Part shown: piece by piece, positions 50,276-58,573 of the stretch
Layout of the letters: each line of letters starts with the position of its first letter
Numbering within the stretch: the stretch's first letter is position 1
Assembly (NCBI GenBank): GCA_965222075.1
Contig: OZ244937.1
Coordinates: forward strand, 352,001-416,000
DNA from: Candidatus Latescibacterota bacterium
GTDB taxonomy: Bacteria; Latescibacterota; UBA2968; GCA-2709665
DNA: 64,000 nt
Direction: 5' to 3'
The notes under the pieces: generated by a model
What the model saw: the letters and a program-made list of their open reading frames with translations, nothing else
What the model was told of the DNA's origin: nothing
Database searches by the model: none
Program-made: the position numbers and the translations under genes

Positions 50276-51307
50276 ATGCTCTACAAGCTCAATGCTGATG
50301 ATATCGAATCAAGTACACCTATGGAGGTCAGAACGCCGGCAGATTTCAATCTAAAAGAACAGGACATAGAGAATTTCTTGAGATCTCGCCTCCATGAAGT
50401 CGTTTCTGAAGAGCAACTCATGCTGATCGGACAAGAACGTAAGATGCAAGAAGAGGCCGATTTGTTGGCTCTCGACAAGGATGGAGTGCTTTACATTTTT
50501 GAGTTGAAGCGGTGGCAATCCAGCCAGGAGAACATACTCCAAGTAATGAGATATGGACAGATTTTTGGAAGATACACCTATGAAGAATTGCAAGATTTTG
50601 CAAAGCGACAGCAGAAACTGGACGGCAGTCTAAAAGAAAAACACAAGGACCATTTCGATCTTGATAACGAACTGTCAGATTCGAAGTTTAATACAGATCA
50701 GGTTTTTGTATTGGTCACAAATGGCACAGATAAAGATACGATCTCTGCCGTGAATTTCTGGTCTAAAAAAGGTGTAAATATCAAATGTTCCCCCTACCGA
50801 ATATATGATATAAACGGAGAGCCGTACATTCAGTTTGACACGTACAATCTGGACGATGAGGTTCTTCCCGATGAGAATACCGGTTTCTTCATCGTCAACA
50901 CAAACAAAACGTACATGTCGCATGCTTGGAAGGATATGCTACATGACCGTTCAACGGGCAAGGCTTCCGCGTATTACGACCGAAAAAGCTCTGTCTCCCG
51001 GATTTCAAAAGGTTCCCGTGTATACCTCTACCATACCGGAGTCGGTGTTATAGCCTGTGGCACAGCAAGTTCCGGATATAGGAAAACGGATTACCAAGGT
51101 GATGTAAACGAAGAGTTTTACGTCCCATTAAAATTTGTAGAATTTGGCTGGGCCTTAGATGAAAGTGAATGGGAGGATAGGGCACCGAAAGCATGGGAAA
51201 TTAATAGAAAATGCAATTCAAGCCATCGATTTAGACAGACCGTGTTTGCAATCACCAAGGAGATGGCAGATACAATTGACTCCATATTTTCAGAGAAGAA
51301 GGAGTAA
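50276..51307 (+). CDS. NucS-like PD-(D/E)XK endonuclease with a possible C-terminal EVE/PUA-like domain
   Basis: E..IE, ADLLALD....IFELKR, QVMRY; C-terminal IVNTN...KGSRVYLYHTGVGVIACG; low GC; AAGGAG RBS. Confidence 0.65.
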   Translation: MLYKLNADDIESSTPMEVRTPADFNLKEQDIENFLRSRLHEVVSEEQLMLIGQERKMQEEADLLALDKDGVLYIFELKRWQSSQENILQVMRYGQIFGRYTYEELQDFAKRQQKLDGSLKEKHKDHFDLDNELSDSKFNTDQVFVLVTNGTDKDTISAVNFWSKKGVNIKCSPYRIYDINGEPYIQFDTYNLDDEVLPDENTGFFIVNTNKTYMSHAWKDMLHDRSTGKASAYYDRKSSVSRISKGSRVYLYHTGVGVIACGTASSGYRKTDYQGDVNEEFYVPLKFVEFGWALDESEWEDRAPKAWEINRKCNSSHRFRQTVFAITKEMADTIDSIFSEKKE

Positions 51308-51406
51308 CAGGTGGAAGAGCAGCGTTTGGAGTTTTGAGGCCGAAGGACAACGGTCTGTAAACCGTGTACCAGCACCGCATCGAACACATTCGTAGCTCTT
51401 GATTAG

Positions 51407-51673
51407 CTATCGCACCCAGGGACCGGCATCCAGCGGCCCGTTTTCATCGCTGGCGGGAGCGCCGACCGCTTGTAACGGCGCACCGGGCTGCTGGTCGGAC
51501 TCAATTTCCGGATACTCCATCCACTGGCGTCCATCCAGAGTATTCCCGCCCGATTTGGGTGTACGCCCGCCCCATTGCTTGAAGAAGAAGGCGACGCGCT
51601 GGGCCTGACACCGGTCGCGCAATTCATGTACCCACTCTGCCTGAATTGGACGGGCTCTCGGCCCGCTCTCCTC
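51407..51673 (-). pseudogene. 3' fragment of a DUF5131 gene
   Basis: 51466-51673 closely matches 60775-60983 (FFFKQWGGRTPK..G.TLDGRQW.EYP). Confidence 0.88.
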
Positions 51674-51799
51674 ACAGGCAACTCAGATCTTGCTTCGACC
51701 TCTCTCAGGGTTTGTCAGGTGAACTCAGACAAAATTTACCGGCCCCTTCACTAATAAAGGGTAGATCGTCAGGACCTCACACATACGAGGAGAAGAGAG

Positions 51800-52327
51800 A
51801 TGCGAAAGTTCACACTATGCATCCTGTTTTACTGCTTAGGTGCCGTCTCTACATGCTTAAGCGCTGAAGAAACAACGAAGAAAGCGGTTTCTTTGAAAGG
51901 CATCACCGCGCGGCGCTTCACACATCGCTCGATCATCGTCAAGTTCACCACTTCACCTGTGAAGTTTAAGTTTGAACGGGCTGGTGATGAGTTCAACGGC
52001 TTCTCTGCTAACACAAATGCCAGGCATATGTGGATTAACCTGGAAGGACAACCTCTCACCAAGGTAATCCTGTTCTATGCTGTCTCAACAGATCACGCCG
52101 TCAATATGGTCAATACGGGAGTGGCGCTGGACCTCCTCAATCACCTCTTCCCCGATTGGGAGGCAAGAGGTAAATGGTATGCCAACGCGCTGCAATCAGT
52201 CATCCAGTCCAGAGAGCTGAACGACGTGAGACGTAAGATGAAGACCAGGAACGGACTGCGCATCGAGCTGGAATACCACAAGATGGCGGGGCTACTAAGG
52301 CTATATGTAAGTCGTATAACCTATTGA
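51800..52327 (+). CDS. Hypothetical secreted protein
   Basis: 175 aa, GAGGAG RBS, N-terminal signal-peptide-like MRKFTLCILFYCLGAVSTCLSA. Confidence 0.6.
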   Translation: MRKFTLCILFYCLGAVSTCLSAEETTKKAVSLKGITARRFTHRSIIVKFTTSPVKFKFERAGDEFNGFSANTNARHMWINLEGQPLTKVILFYAVSTDHAVNMVNTGVALDLLNHLFPDWEARGKWYANALQSVIQSRELNDVRRKMKTRNGLRIELEYHKMAGLLRLYVSRITY

Positions 52328-52338
52328 AGGATAACGCC

Positions 52339-52674
52339 ATGCAACAGATCCAGATGGTAGACCTCCACAATGGATTGCAGGGACTCCACGGCTTTACCCG
52401 TGATAAGTTCACAGAGACCGACAAGCAGATCAAGGAGCTGCGAACTCATGTCGACCAGCGCTTTGCAGAGACCGACAAGCAGATCAAGGAGCTGCGAACT
52501 CATGTCGATCAGAGATTCGCAGAAACAGATCAGAAGATCGAAGAGTTCCAAAATCAGGTTGACCAGCGCTTTGAACAGGTTGATCGACGCCTGGGATGCA
52601 TAGAAAGCGACCTGAGTTCTGTCAAGAGCGACCTGAAAGCTATCAAGGATGCGCTTTCAATTATAAGGATATGA
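52339..52674 (+). CDS. Coiled-coil repeat protein
   Basis: Three 18-aa repeats (F.ETD..I.E....VDQR); AAGGA RBS. Confidence 0.7.
   Translation: MQQIQMVDLHNGLQGLHGFTRDKFTETDKQIKELRTHVDQRFAETDKQIKELRTHVDQRFAETDQKIEEFQNQVDQRFEQVDRRLGCIESDLSSVKSDLKAIKDALSIIRI
52408..52569 (+). repeat. 54-bp coding tandem repeat x3
   Basis: Units at 52408, 52462, 52516; third is diverged. Confidence 0.85.
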
Positions 52675-52750
52675 GTGGGGGTACAATACCACGCAGAGAG
52701 TCGCCTGCCAACATTCCCGGATCAGTTGACAGGTGGAAGGGAGAGATAGG

Positions 52751-52921
52751 ATGAGAGGAAAACTGGAGATAGTCCAGGTGCTGGAGAAGTATCCAGACGG
52801 TACAACGATTGATGTGTTGATCACAGAGATGGGCTTGACAGACAGACTGGTGCGTAGTCGCATCAACGCTGCCCGTGCTCGCGGGTACAGCATCGTGAAT
52901 GTGGGATACAAAACGTTCTAG
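52751..52921 (+). CDS. Small hypothetical protein, possibly winged-HTH-like
   Basis: 56 aa, G.TID.L...MGLT...VRSRI..AR..GY.I pattern. Confidence 0.4.
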   Translation: MRGKLEIVQVLEKYPDGTTIDVLITEMGLTDRLVRSRINAARARGYSIVNVGYKTF

Positions 52922-52990
52922 CTACAGCCGGGGATCTGGCGGGGCAGGAGGACGCTATGAGGCGGCGTCCTTTGGGGGGACGTCAAACCG

Positions 52991-53039
52991 AAACAGGCCA
53001 AGAAGGGACGAGTTTCCACTTGACTTGGCCTGTTTTTTT
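52991..53039 (+). terminator. Inverted repeat / probable terminator
   Basis: AAACAGGCCAAG-N21-CTTGGCCTGTTT followed by a T run. Confidence 0.5.
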
Positions 53040-53328
53040 AGAAGCGGTTTCATAACTGCCTGAGTGTAATCATCAAGCAAGCAATATATAAGAAGGCACG
53101 AAAGATTTCGACTTTGCGCTCCCATCGGATCAGCAATCGTCTATAGTTCCCAATCCAAGCAACGAGACGTTCTACCTTCCATCGGCGTTTGTATCGTCTC
53201 AGTTTTCTGCCATCTTGGGTCTTGGGCTTTGTTCGATTGGACCGATGCGGACAGATTAATTCAATGCCCCGTCGTGCAAGGCGCCTTCGCAAAGGGTCCG
53301 AGTCGGCGGCACGGTCGTAAATCAGGCG
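53039..53328 (-). mobile_element. IS5-family transposase 3' remnant with right end
   Basis: RLIYDRAADSDPLRRRL...YKRRWKVER..AW...RRL..RWE; ends at TGAAACCGCTTCTA. Confidence 0.85.
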
Positions 53329-53351
53329 GGGCGGATGTGGGGGGACGAGAA

Positions 53352-53422
53352 AGATGGATAAACAGGATAGACAGGATGAAAACTGAAAGCCCTGAAATCC
53401 TGTTCATCCTGTCCATCCATGT
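53352..53422. repeat. Palindromic element, empty copy
   Basis: ATGGATAAACAGGATAGACAGGAT...ATCCTGTTCATCCTGTCCATCCATGT. Confidence 0.9.
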
Positions 53423-53446
53423 GAATAAATCAGAAGACGGGAACTG

Positions 53447-53671
53447 GTGATGACCAGACAGTTGACAGCAATTATCGAACGCGAAGGCGATGGCTACGTC
53501 GCCCTCTGCCCTGAGTTGGACATCGCGAGTCAGGGAGCAACCGTGGCTGAGGCTCGGGAAAATTTGAAGGAGGCATTGGAGTTGTTTTTCGAGACGGCTT
53601 CAGCCACCGAAATTCAGCAGCGGCTGCACGAGGAAGTGTACGTAACGCAGGTGGAGGTCGCAGTTGGCTAA
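53447..53671 (+). CDS. hicB: HicB family antitoxin (duplicate)
   Basis: One aa different from 46937-47161. Confidence 0.88.
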   Translation: MMTRQLTAIIEREGDGYVALCPELDIASQGATVAEARENLKEALELFFETASATEIQQRLHEEVYVTQVEVAVG

Positions 53672-53882
53672 ACTCCGGGTATTATCGGGCCGGGAAGCCT
53701 GCGGAATACTTGCGAATCACGGATTTACCGAGGTCCGGCGCAGGGGCAGCCATGTAATCATGCAAAAGGTCGAGCCCAGCAGCACCATCACCGTCCCGGT
53801 TCCTGACCACGGGGAACTGCGGACGGGAACGCTGATGTCAATCATTAGGCAATCAGGGTTGCCCAGAACTCTGTTCGAGTAA
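53664..53882 (+). CDS. hicA: HicA family toxin (duplicate)
   Basis: Three aa different from 47154-47372. Confidence 0.88.
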   Translation: MAKLRVLSGREACGILANHGFTEVRRRGSHVIMQKVEPSSTITVPVPDHGELRTGTLMSIIRQSGLPRTLFE

Positions 53883-53930
53883 AGTACATCATTTGCCGTT
53901 GTCCACGCACAATTCGTCATTGATGCGCAG

Positions 53931-53978
53931 ATGGAGGGGAAGATTCGGGCGGCGATTGGGCGGGTGTGGGGCGGTTAA
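53931..53978 (+). pseudogene. Second orphan hsdS-like 3' tail
   Basis: Translates MEGKIRAAIGRVWGG*. Confidence 0.7.
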
Positions 53979-54081
53979 CTCTACCAGGATAACATCAGAT
54001 GAATCGGTATATTTCTCAAATCTCAGGACGACAGATTCCGATAACCCTTGAGGCCCTTCTTGTCGAGGTGTCCACAATCTC

Positions 54082-57000
54082 ATGAGACACATTCCCACAT
54101 CCTTGTATATTGACACGGAGGTGTTCAAGCGCCAGAGACTGCGTTTGGACACAAGTGTCTTTAACTCGCTGAAAGACACATTTGTCAAGGGAGGACTTCG
54201 CTTGTTGGTTCCGGCTATGATGGAACGCGAGCTTCTTCGGCACTATCGGAGGCAGGCTGAAGAATGTGCGAACGCGGTTCATAAGGCACAACAGAAGCAC
54301 CCTATGCCATTCTTGGGAATGTGGACGCCACGGCCTAAAAACGAGGTTATAGATGAATGTTTCAATGAGCTTATATCGCAGTGGGAGCAGTTCAAATCAC
54401 ACTTCACTGTTGAGGAGTTGCCACTTGTTGGGGACCTCGGCCGCGTCGTGAATTGGTATTTTTCGGTTGAGCCACCATTTTCTACAGATAAGAAGAAGGA
54501 ATTTCCCGACGCTTTTATTCTGAGCACCCTGGAAGCATATCACAATGACCACAAGGCAAACATCGCCGTGGTGAGTGGGGATGGAGACTTTGGTAAAGCC
54601 TGTAAGATTCGGCGTTACATACAGCATTTTGACAGTCTCGAAAAATATGCTGACGCGTTCAAACCCGAACTCACAAGGGAGCGATATTTAATCGAGGAGC
54701 CTGTCGATCCAACTCAACCGATTGTTACCGAAGATTTGCAGGAACTAAAAGCCATATTAGGTCGAGGAGTTGGTGCTACTCAGGTCGAGATTGATCGAGT
54801 GATAAAGCTATTACAACGTCGTGGCGAGAACTATCGCTATTTCTTTTATAATGCAGATGAGCCGATGTGGCTTCCTCGTCTGAAGGCCAGTGGTTTGTTC
54901 GACAATCCACCAGAAGTTGAACGAACTGAAGATGGAAGTTTCAAGATTCCTGATTGGCCACCGATTTATTATCTCGAGAGAGTTTTTGGATCAGATCGTG
55001 AGGAAGTCCTTACCATATTGGAGGGACTACCTGAAAGCACGAACCCACGTGTGCTTGAGGAAGTTATGACCATAGTTCTGAAGTCGGACGATACGAATGA
55101 CCTGATGCGTCTCTCTGAGAAGATTCTGGCCTTTGTAGACCATTCTCGATGGGGCTATGAGAAAATCATACAACTGGTTAATAGGCTCTCGCTTATGGAC
55201 AGGCGTTTCGGCGGGTTTTCAGAATCAGTTTTACTCAAGGTAGTTGAGTTTCAACTCGACCAGAAAGCCGAAGATAAGCAGGCCCGCCGCAGAGCGAACC
55301 CCGAAGACTGGACAACTTTACTTGACCCACAACCACGCTTTGACGAGTGGGAATATAATCAAATACTGGAAAAAGGTGTCCGACCTTTGTCGGAGCGGGA
55401 GCCTTACCCAACCGCCCGAATATTGATCGATGCCACCTCGACCATGATACGTCTCACATTCCATCAGGGCGAACTTGAAGAGAGCAGCGGTAACGATCCT
55501 ACCATTTTTGAGTGGCGGCGCGTGAACGAACCTGGCAGTGATTACCCAGACTCGAAGGAGATTCTTGTTCATGCGCTCACGTTCGTCTGCGAAAAAGTCT
55601 ATGAGAAGTCACCGGAGTCCGTGGCGGCGCTGGATCAAGCGTTGCGAAACCAGCGTTGGGCCATTTTCACACGTATCCGCCAGCATCTTTACACGCTGCA
55701 TCCAAATGAACAAACCAGGCCCTGGATTCGTGAGATGATCCTTACTTATGAAGACTACGACAAATGGGAGCACCTCTTTGAGTTTCAGCGCATGATTCGC
55801 CTCGCATGTGAAAATTTCGGCGCCAATTTGCTCACCAAGGCCGAAAAGGAGCGGAGATTTGAGGCTATCCTTAGCGGGCCATCGGAACAGCGTTTTCGGG
55901 ACCGGATGGGAGACCGTTTTACCGAAGCATCATTTGAAGAACGAAAACGCTCTTTCCACAGAATGCAACTGCGTCCATTTGCTTCAGTGCTCTTCGGCAA
56001 ATACGGTGAATACTTTGAAGAGCTAAAAGCGGAAGAAGAAAAGCCGATTACGGATAACGACTATGCGCCTTATAAGTTGGAGGATGAGAGGATAGGAGAG
56101 AAGCGCAGTCCGAAGCCGGCTGAAGAACTGGAGAAAATGTCAGATGAGGAACTTCTTTCGTTCTTGAACGAATGGGAAAATGTCCATTATGATCCTGACG
56201 AGTGGTGGGTGGACATCAATTTCGAAGGGCTTGCTTGGGCGTTTCAGGCGATCTTCAAAAAGCTTATCGTACCTGACGAATCACGGTTACAGTTCTGGTG
56301 CGAAAATCGGGAACGATTGGAGCGACCTATCTATGTGAGGGTGATGGTGTCTGCCATTCACGAGCAAGTAAAACTCAAGCAATTCGACAAGCTCGATCAA
56401 TGGTTCGATTTCTGCGAATGGGTTTTGTCCCATCCAGACCGATCGGAAGAGGAAGGTGTCAACCACGGCGATGAATCCAGAGAGCATCCGGACTGGCATA
56501 GGTCACGTCGAGCGGTGGGCGATTTTGTCAAGATGTGTCTGACAGAGGAGGTCAACGTCCCAATCTCAGTGCGCCAGCGTCTCGCCTCTTTGTTGGATAA
56601 GCTTTGCACTCAATATGACAGGGGATTGGATGATGACGAGCCTGTTCTTCTGAACCGCGACGACCAGCTAACCGAATCGATCAACAATACACGAGGCCGG
56701 GCGCTGGATCATCTGGTCGATTTCGGCTATTGGGTGCGCCGCCAACTGGAGGACGATCAAGCGGATACGCCTGAGGTTTTCGCCATCCTCGACAAGCGAC
56801 TCGGTTCGGAATGCGAGCACGCACTGAAACTGCCTGAATATGCCCTTCTTGGGCTGCATTACATCCGTATATTCGTTCTGAATCGGGAGTGGGCAGTTCG
56901 ACATAAGAGTGACGTTCTTCCGCAAGAGAACCTGTGGGCATGGGTGGAGGCCTTTGGGAATTTTCTTAAATATAACCGGCCTTATAGGCCAATCTTTGAT

Positions 57001-57678
57001 ATTTTTCGGGGCGACATGGAGTTTGCGCTTGAAAATATTGATAAGTTCAAGATGGACAGCCATAGAACAACAAATCTTACTGATACGCTCGGAGAACACT
57101 TATTTACCTACTATCTCTGGGAAGTTTATCCGCTTACAGGAGATGACAGCCTGCTGGAACGATTTTACGAAAAGACAGAGGAAGACAGAGGTCGCTGGTC
57201 TCACTTGTTTGATTATGCAGGCCGCACCTTGGAAAACAGCGGCAAGCAACTGGAAGCAGGCCTTAAACAGAGAATCATCGACTTCTTCGACTGGCGCTTT
57301 GGGAAGAAGGAGCCATCCGAACTTAAAAAGTTTACGTATTGGCTGGGAGCAGAGTGCCTGGACGCGGAATGGCGCCTGACTTCGTTCTCGAAGATCCTTG
57401 ATGTATGCGGATCAGAGGACATACAAATATACACTCAGATAGATACCCTGCAGGGGATGGTTGAGGACCATACGGCGCTGGTCGTAGAGTGCTTTGCCAA
57501 GCTGACTGATTCCGTTGTCAAGAATGACAGCACCATTTACATTCGAACTGATAAAGCGAAACCCATCCTCCGAGCCGGACTGAATAGCAATGATGTCACT
57601 GTGCGAGAAAATGCTGAACGGGCTCGCGAGAACCTACTTCGAGGCGGGCGCTTTGATTTATTGGACGAGGAAGATTGA
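54082..57678 (+). CDS. Large protein with N-terminal PIN-like (DUF4935-type) domain and ~1000 aa helical region
   Basis: LYIDTEVF, ERELLRH, FPDAFI, VVSGDGDF acidic PIN pattern; no P-loop seen; low GC. Confidence 0.7.
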   Translation: MRHIPTSLYIDTEVFKRQRLRLDTSVFNSLKDTFVKGGLRLLVPAMMERELLRHYRRQAEECANAVHKAQQKHPMPFLGMWTPRPKNEVIDECFNELISQWEQFKSHFTVEELPLVGDLGRVVNWYFSVEPPFSTDKKKEFPDAFILSTLEAYHNDHKANIAVVSGDGDFGKACKIRRYIQHFDSLEKYADAFKPELTRERYLIEEPVDPTQPIVTEDLQELKAILGRGVGATQVEIDRVIKLLQRRGENYRYFFYNADEPMWLPRLKASGLFDNPPEVERTEDGSFKIPDWPPIYYLERVFGSDREEVLTILEGLPESTNPRVLEEVMTIVLKSDDTNDLMRLSEKILAFVDHSRWGYEKIIQLVNRLSLMDRRFGGFSESVLLKVVEFQLDQKAEDKQARRRANPEDWTTLLDPQPRFDEWEYNQILEKGVRPLSEREPYPTARILIDATSTMIRLTFHQGELEESSGNDPTIFEWRRVNEPGSDYPDSKEILVHALTFVCEKVYEKSPESVAALDQALRNQRWAIFTRIRQHLYTLHPNEQTRPWIREMILTYEDYDKWEHLFEFQRMIRLACENFGANLLTKAEKERRFEAILSGPSEQRFRDRMGDRFTEASFEERKRSFHRMQLRPFASVLFGKYGEYFEELKAEEEKPITDNDYAPYKLEDERIGEKRSPKPAEELEKMSDEELLSFLNEWENVHYDPDEWWVDINFEGLAWAFQAIFKKLIVPDESRLQFWCENRERLERPIYVRVMVSAIHEQVKLKQFDKLDQWFDFCEWVLSHPDRSEEEGVNHGDESREHPDWHRSRRAVGDFVKMCLTEEVNVPISVRQRLASLLDKLCTQYDRGLDDDEPVLLNRDDQLTESINNTRGRALDHLVDFGYWVRRQLEDDQADTPEVFAILDKRLGSECEHALKLPEYALLGLHYIRIFVLNREWAVRHKSDVLPQENLWAWVEAFGNFLKYNRPYRPIFDIFRGDMEFALENIDKFKMDSHRTTNLTDTLGEHLFTYYLWEVYPLTGDDSLLERFYEKTEEDRGRWSHLFDYAGRTLENSGKQLEAGLKQRIIDFFDWRFGKKEPSELKKFTYWLGAECLDAEWRLTSFSKILDVCGSEDIQIYTQIDTLQGMVEDHTALVVECFAKLTDSVVKNDSTIYIRTDKAKPILRAGLNSNDVTVRENAERARENLLRGGRFDLLDEED

Positions 57679-57805
57679 CACCATCTGTTCATCAACTACG
57701 AGAACCACACATTGGAGCTTCCCTGAGGACCGGATTGGAGTGTCAAATCCGATATTCTACATCGATGGGCGCTTAATACTCCCGGCAGCGGTTGGTGATG
57801 GGTAA

Positions 57806-58432
57806 GCGGCGGCCGCCTTGCACCCGATCGGGACGCCGGTGGGGGCGGCCGCCCCCACCGGCCACCGGCCTAATGTGATCCACCAACGGCAACAGTTGCG
57901 TCACATTCGCTTGATGCGCGCCCGTCACCGTCGCGGCTAACGGCACCCCTTGGGCATCGGTCATCACGTGGTGTTTGCTACCCGGTTTGCCCCCCCCCAA
58001 CGGCACGCACCGAGGCACTATCGACCACCGCCCGAGACCAATCAATCTGGTCGGCTGCACGTAGGTGGTTCAACAAGATATGATGCACTTTCTTCCACAC
58101 CCCGGCTTGTTGCCAATCGCCCAAGCGACGCCAACAGGTCATCCCACTGCCGCACCCCATTTCTGGGGGCAAATACTCCCACGGGATACCTGTTTTGAGC
58201 ACAAAGACAATGCCGGTTAGCACCCTACGGTTATCTAACCGGTGCCGACCGCCTTTCGGACGCGTGACATGGACGGGTAAAACCGGTTCTATCAAGGCCC
58301 ATAATCCCTCGTCGAGAACGAGCTTCGCCATGAATACACCTCCATATCAAGCCGGTAAACGCTATACCCAAAAGACGACGATGAAGATAAGGCACACTAT
58401 ACCCAACACCAAGGTTTTGTTAGAGCCTCTAA
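57806..58432 (-). mobile_element. Degenerate IS5-family element (orfA 57978-58331 plus truncated orfB)
   Basis: LW..IEP, VLKTGIPW..LP.E.GCGSG.TCWRR..W...G, DSASVRA, G9 run, GSKHH..TDAQG.PL; left end TAGAGGCTCTAACAAAA; orfB stops before the second catalytic Asp. Confidence 0.88.
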
Positions 58433-58573
58433 CAATTCTTCTTGACAAACAAACGAAATTTGTTCATAAAGGTTGACAGACCCCTGTAACATCCGTTACC
58501 GGATTGCCACAATACACCTTGGCAAACGGGCCTCTGTTGTTTTATGATTTTCTGTTAAAGAAAGGAAAACTCC

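Larger units (their letters stand above)
53414..53971 (+). repeat. 558-bp direct repeat of 46904-47461 (hicBA plus hsdS tail)
   Basis: Colinear at offset 6510 with roughly 19 substitutions by manual count. Confidence 0.95.
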
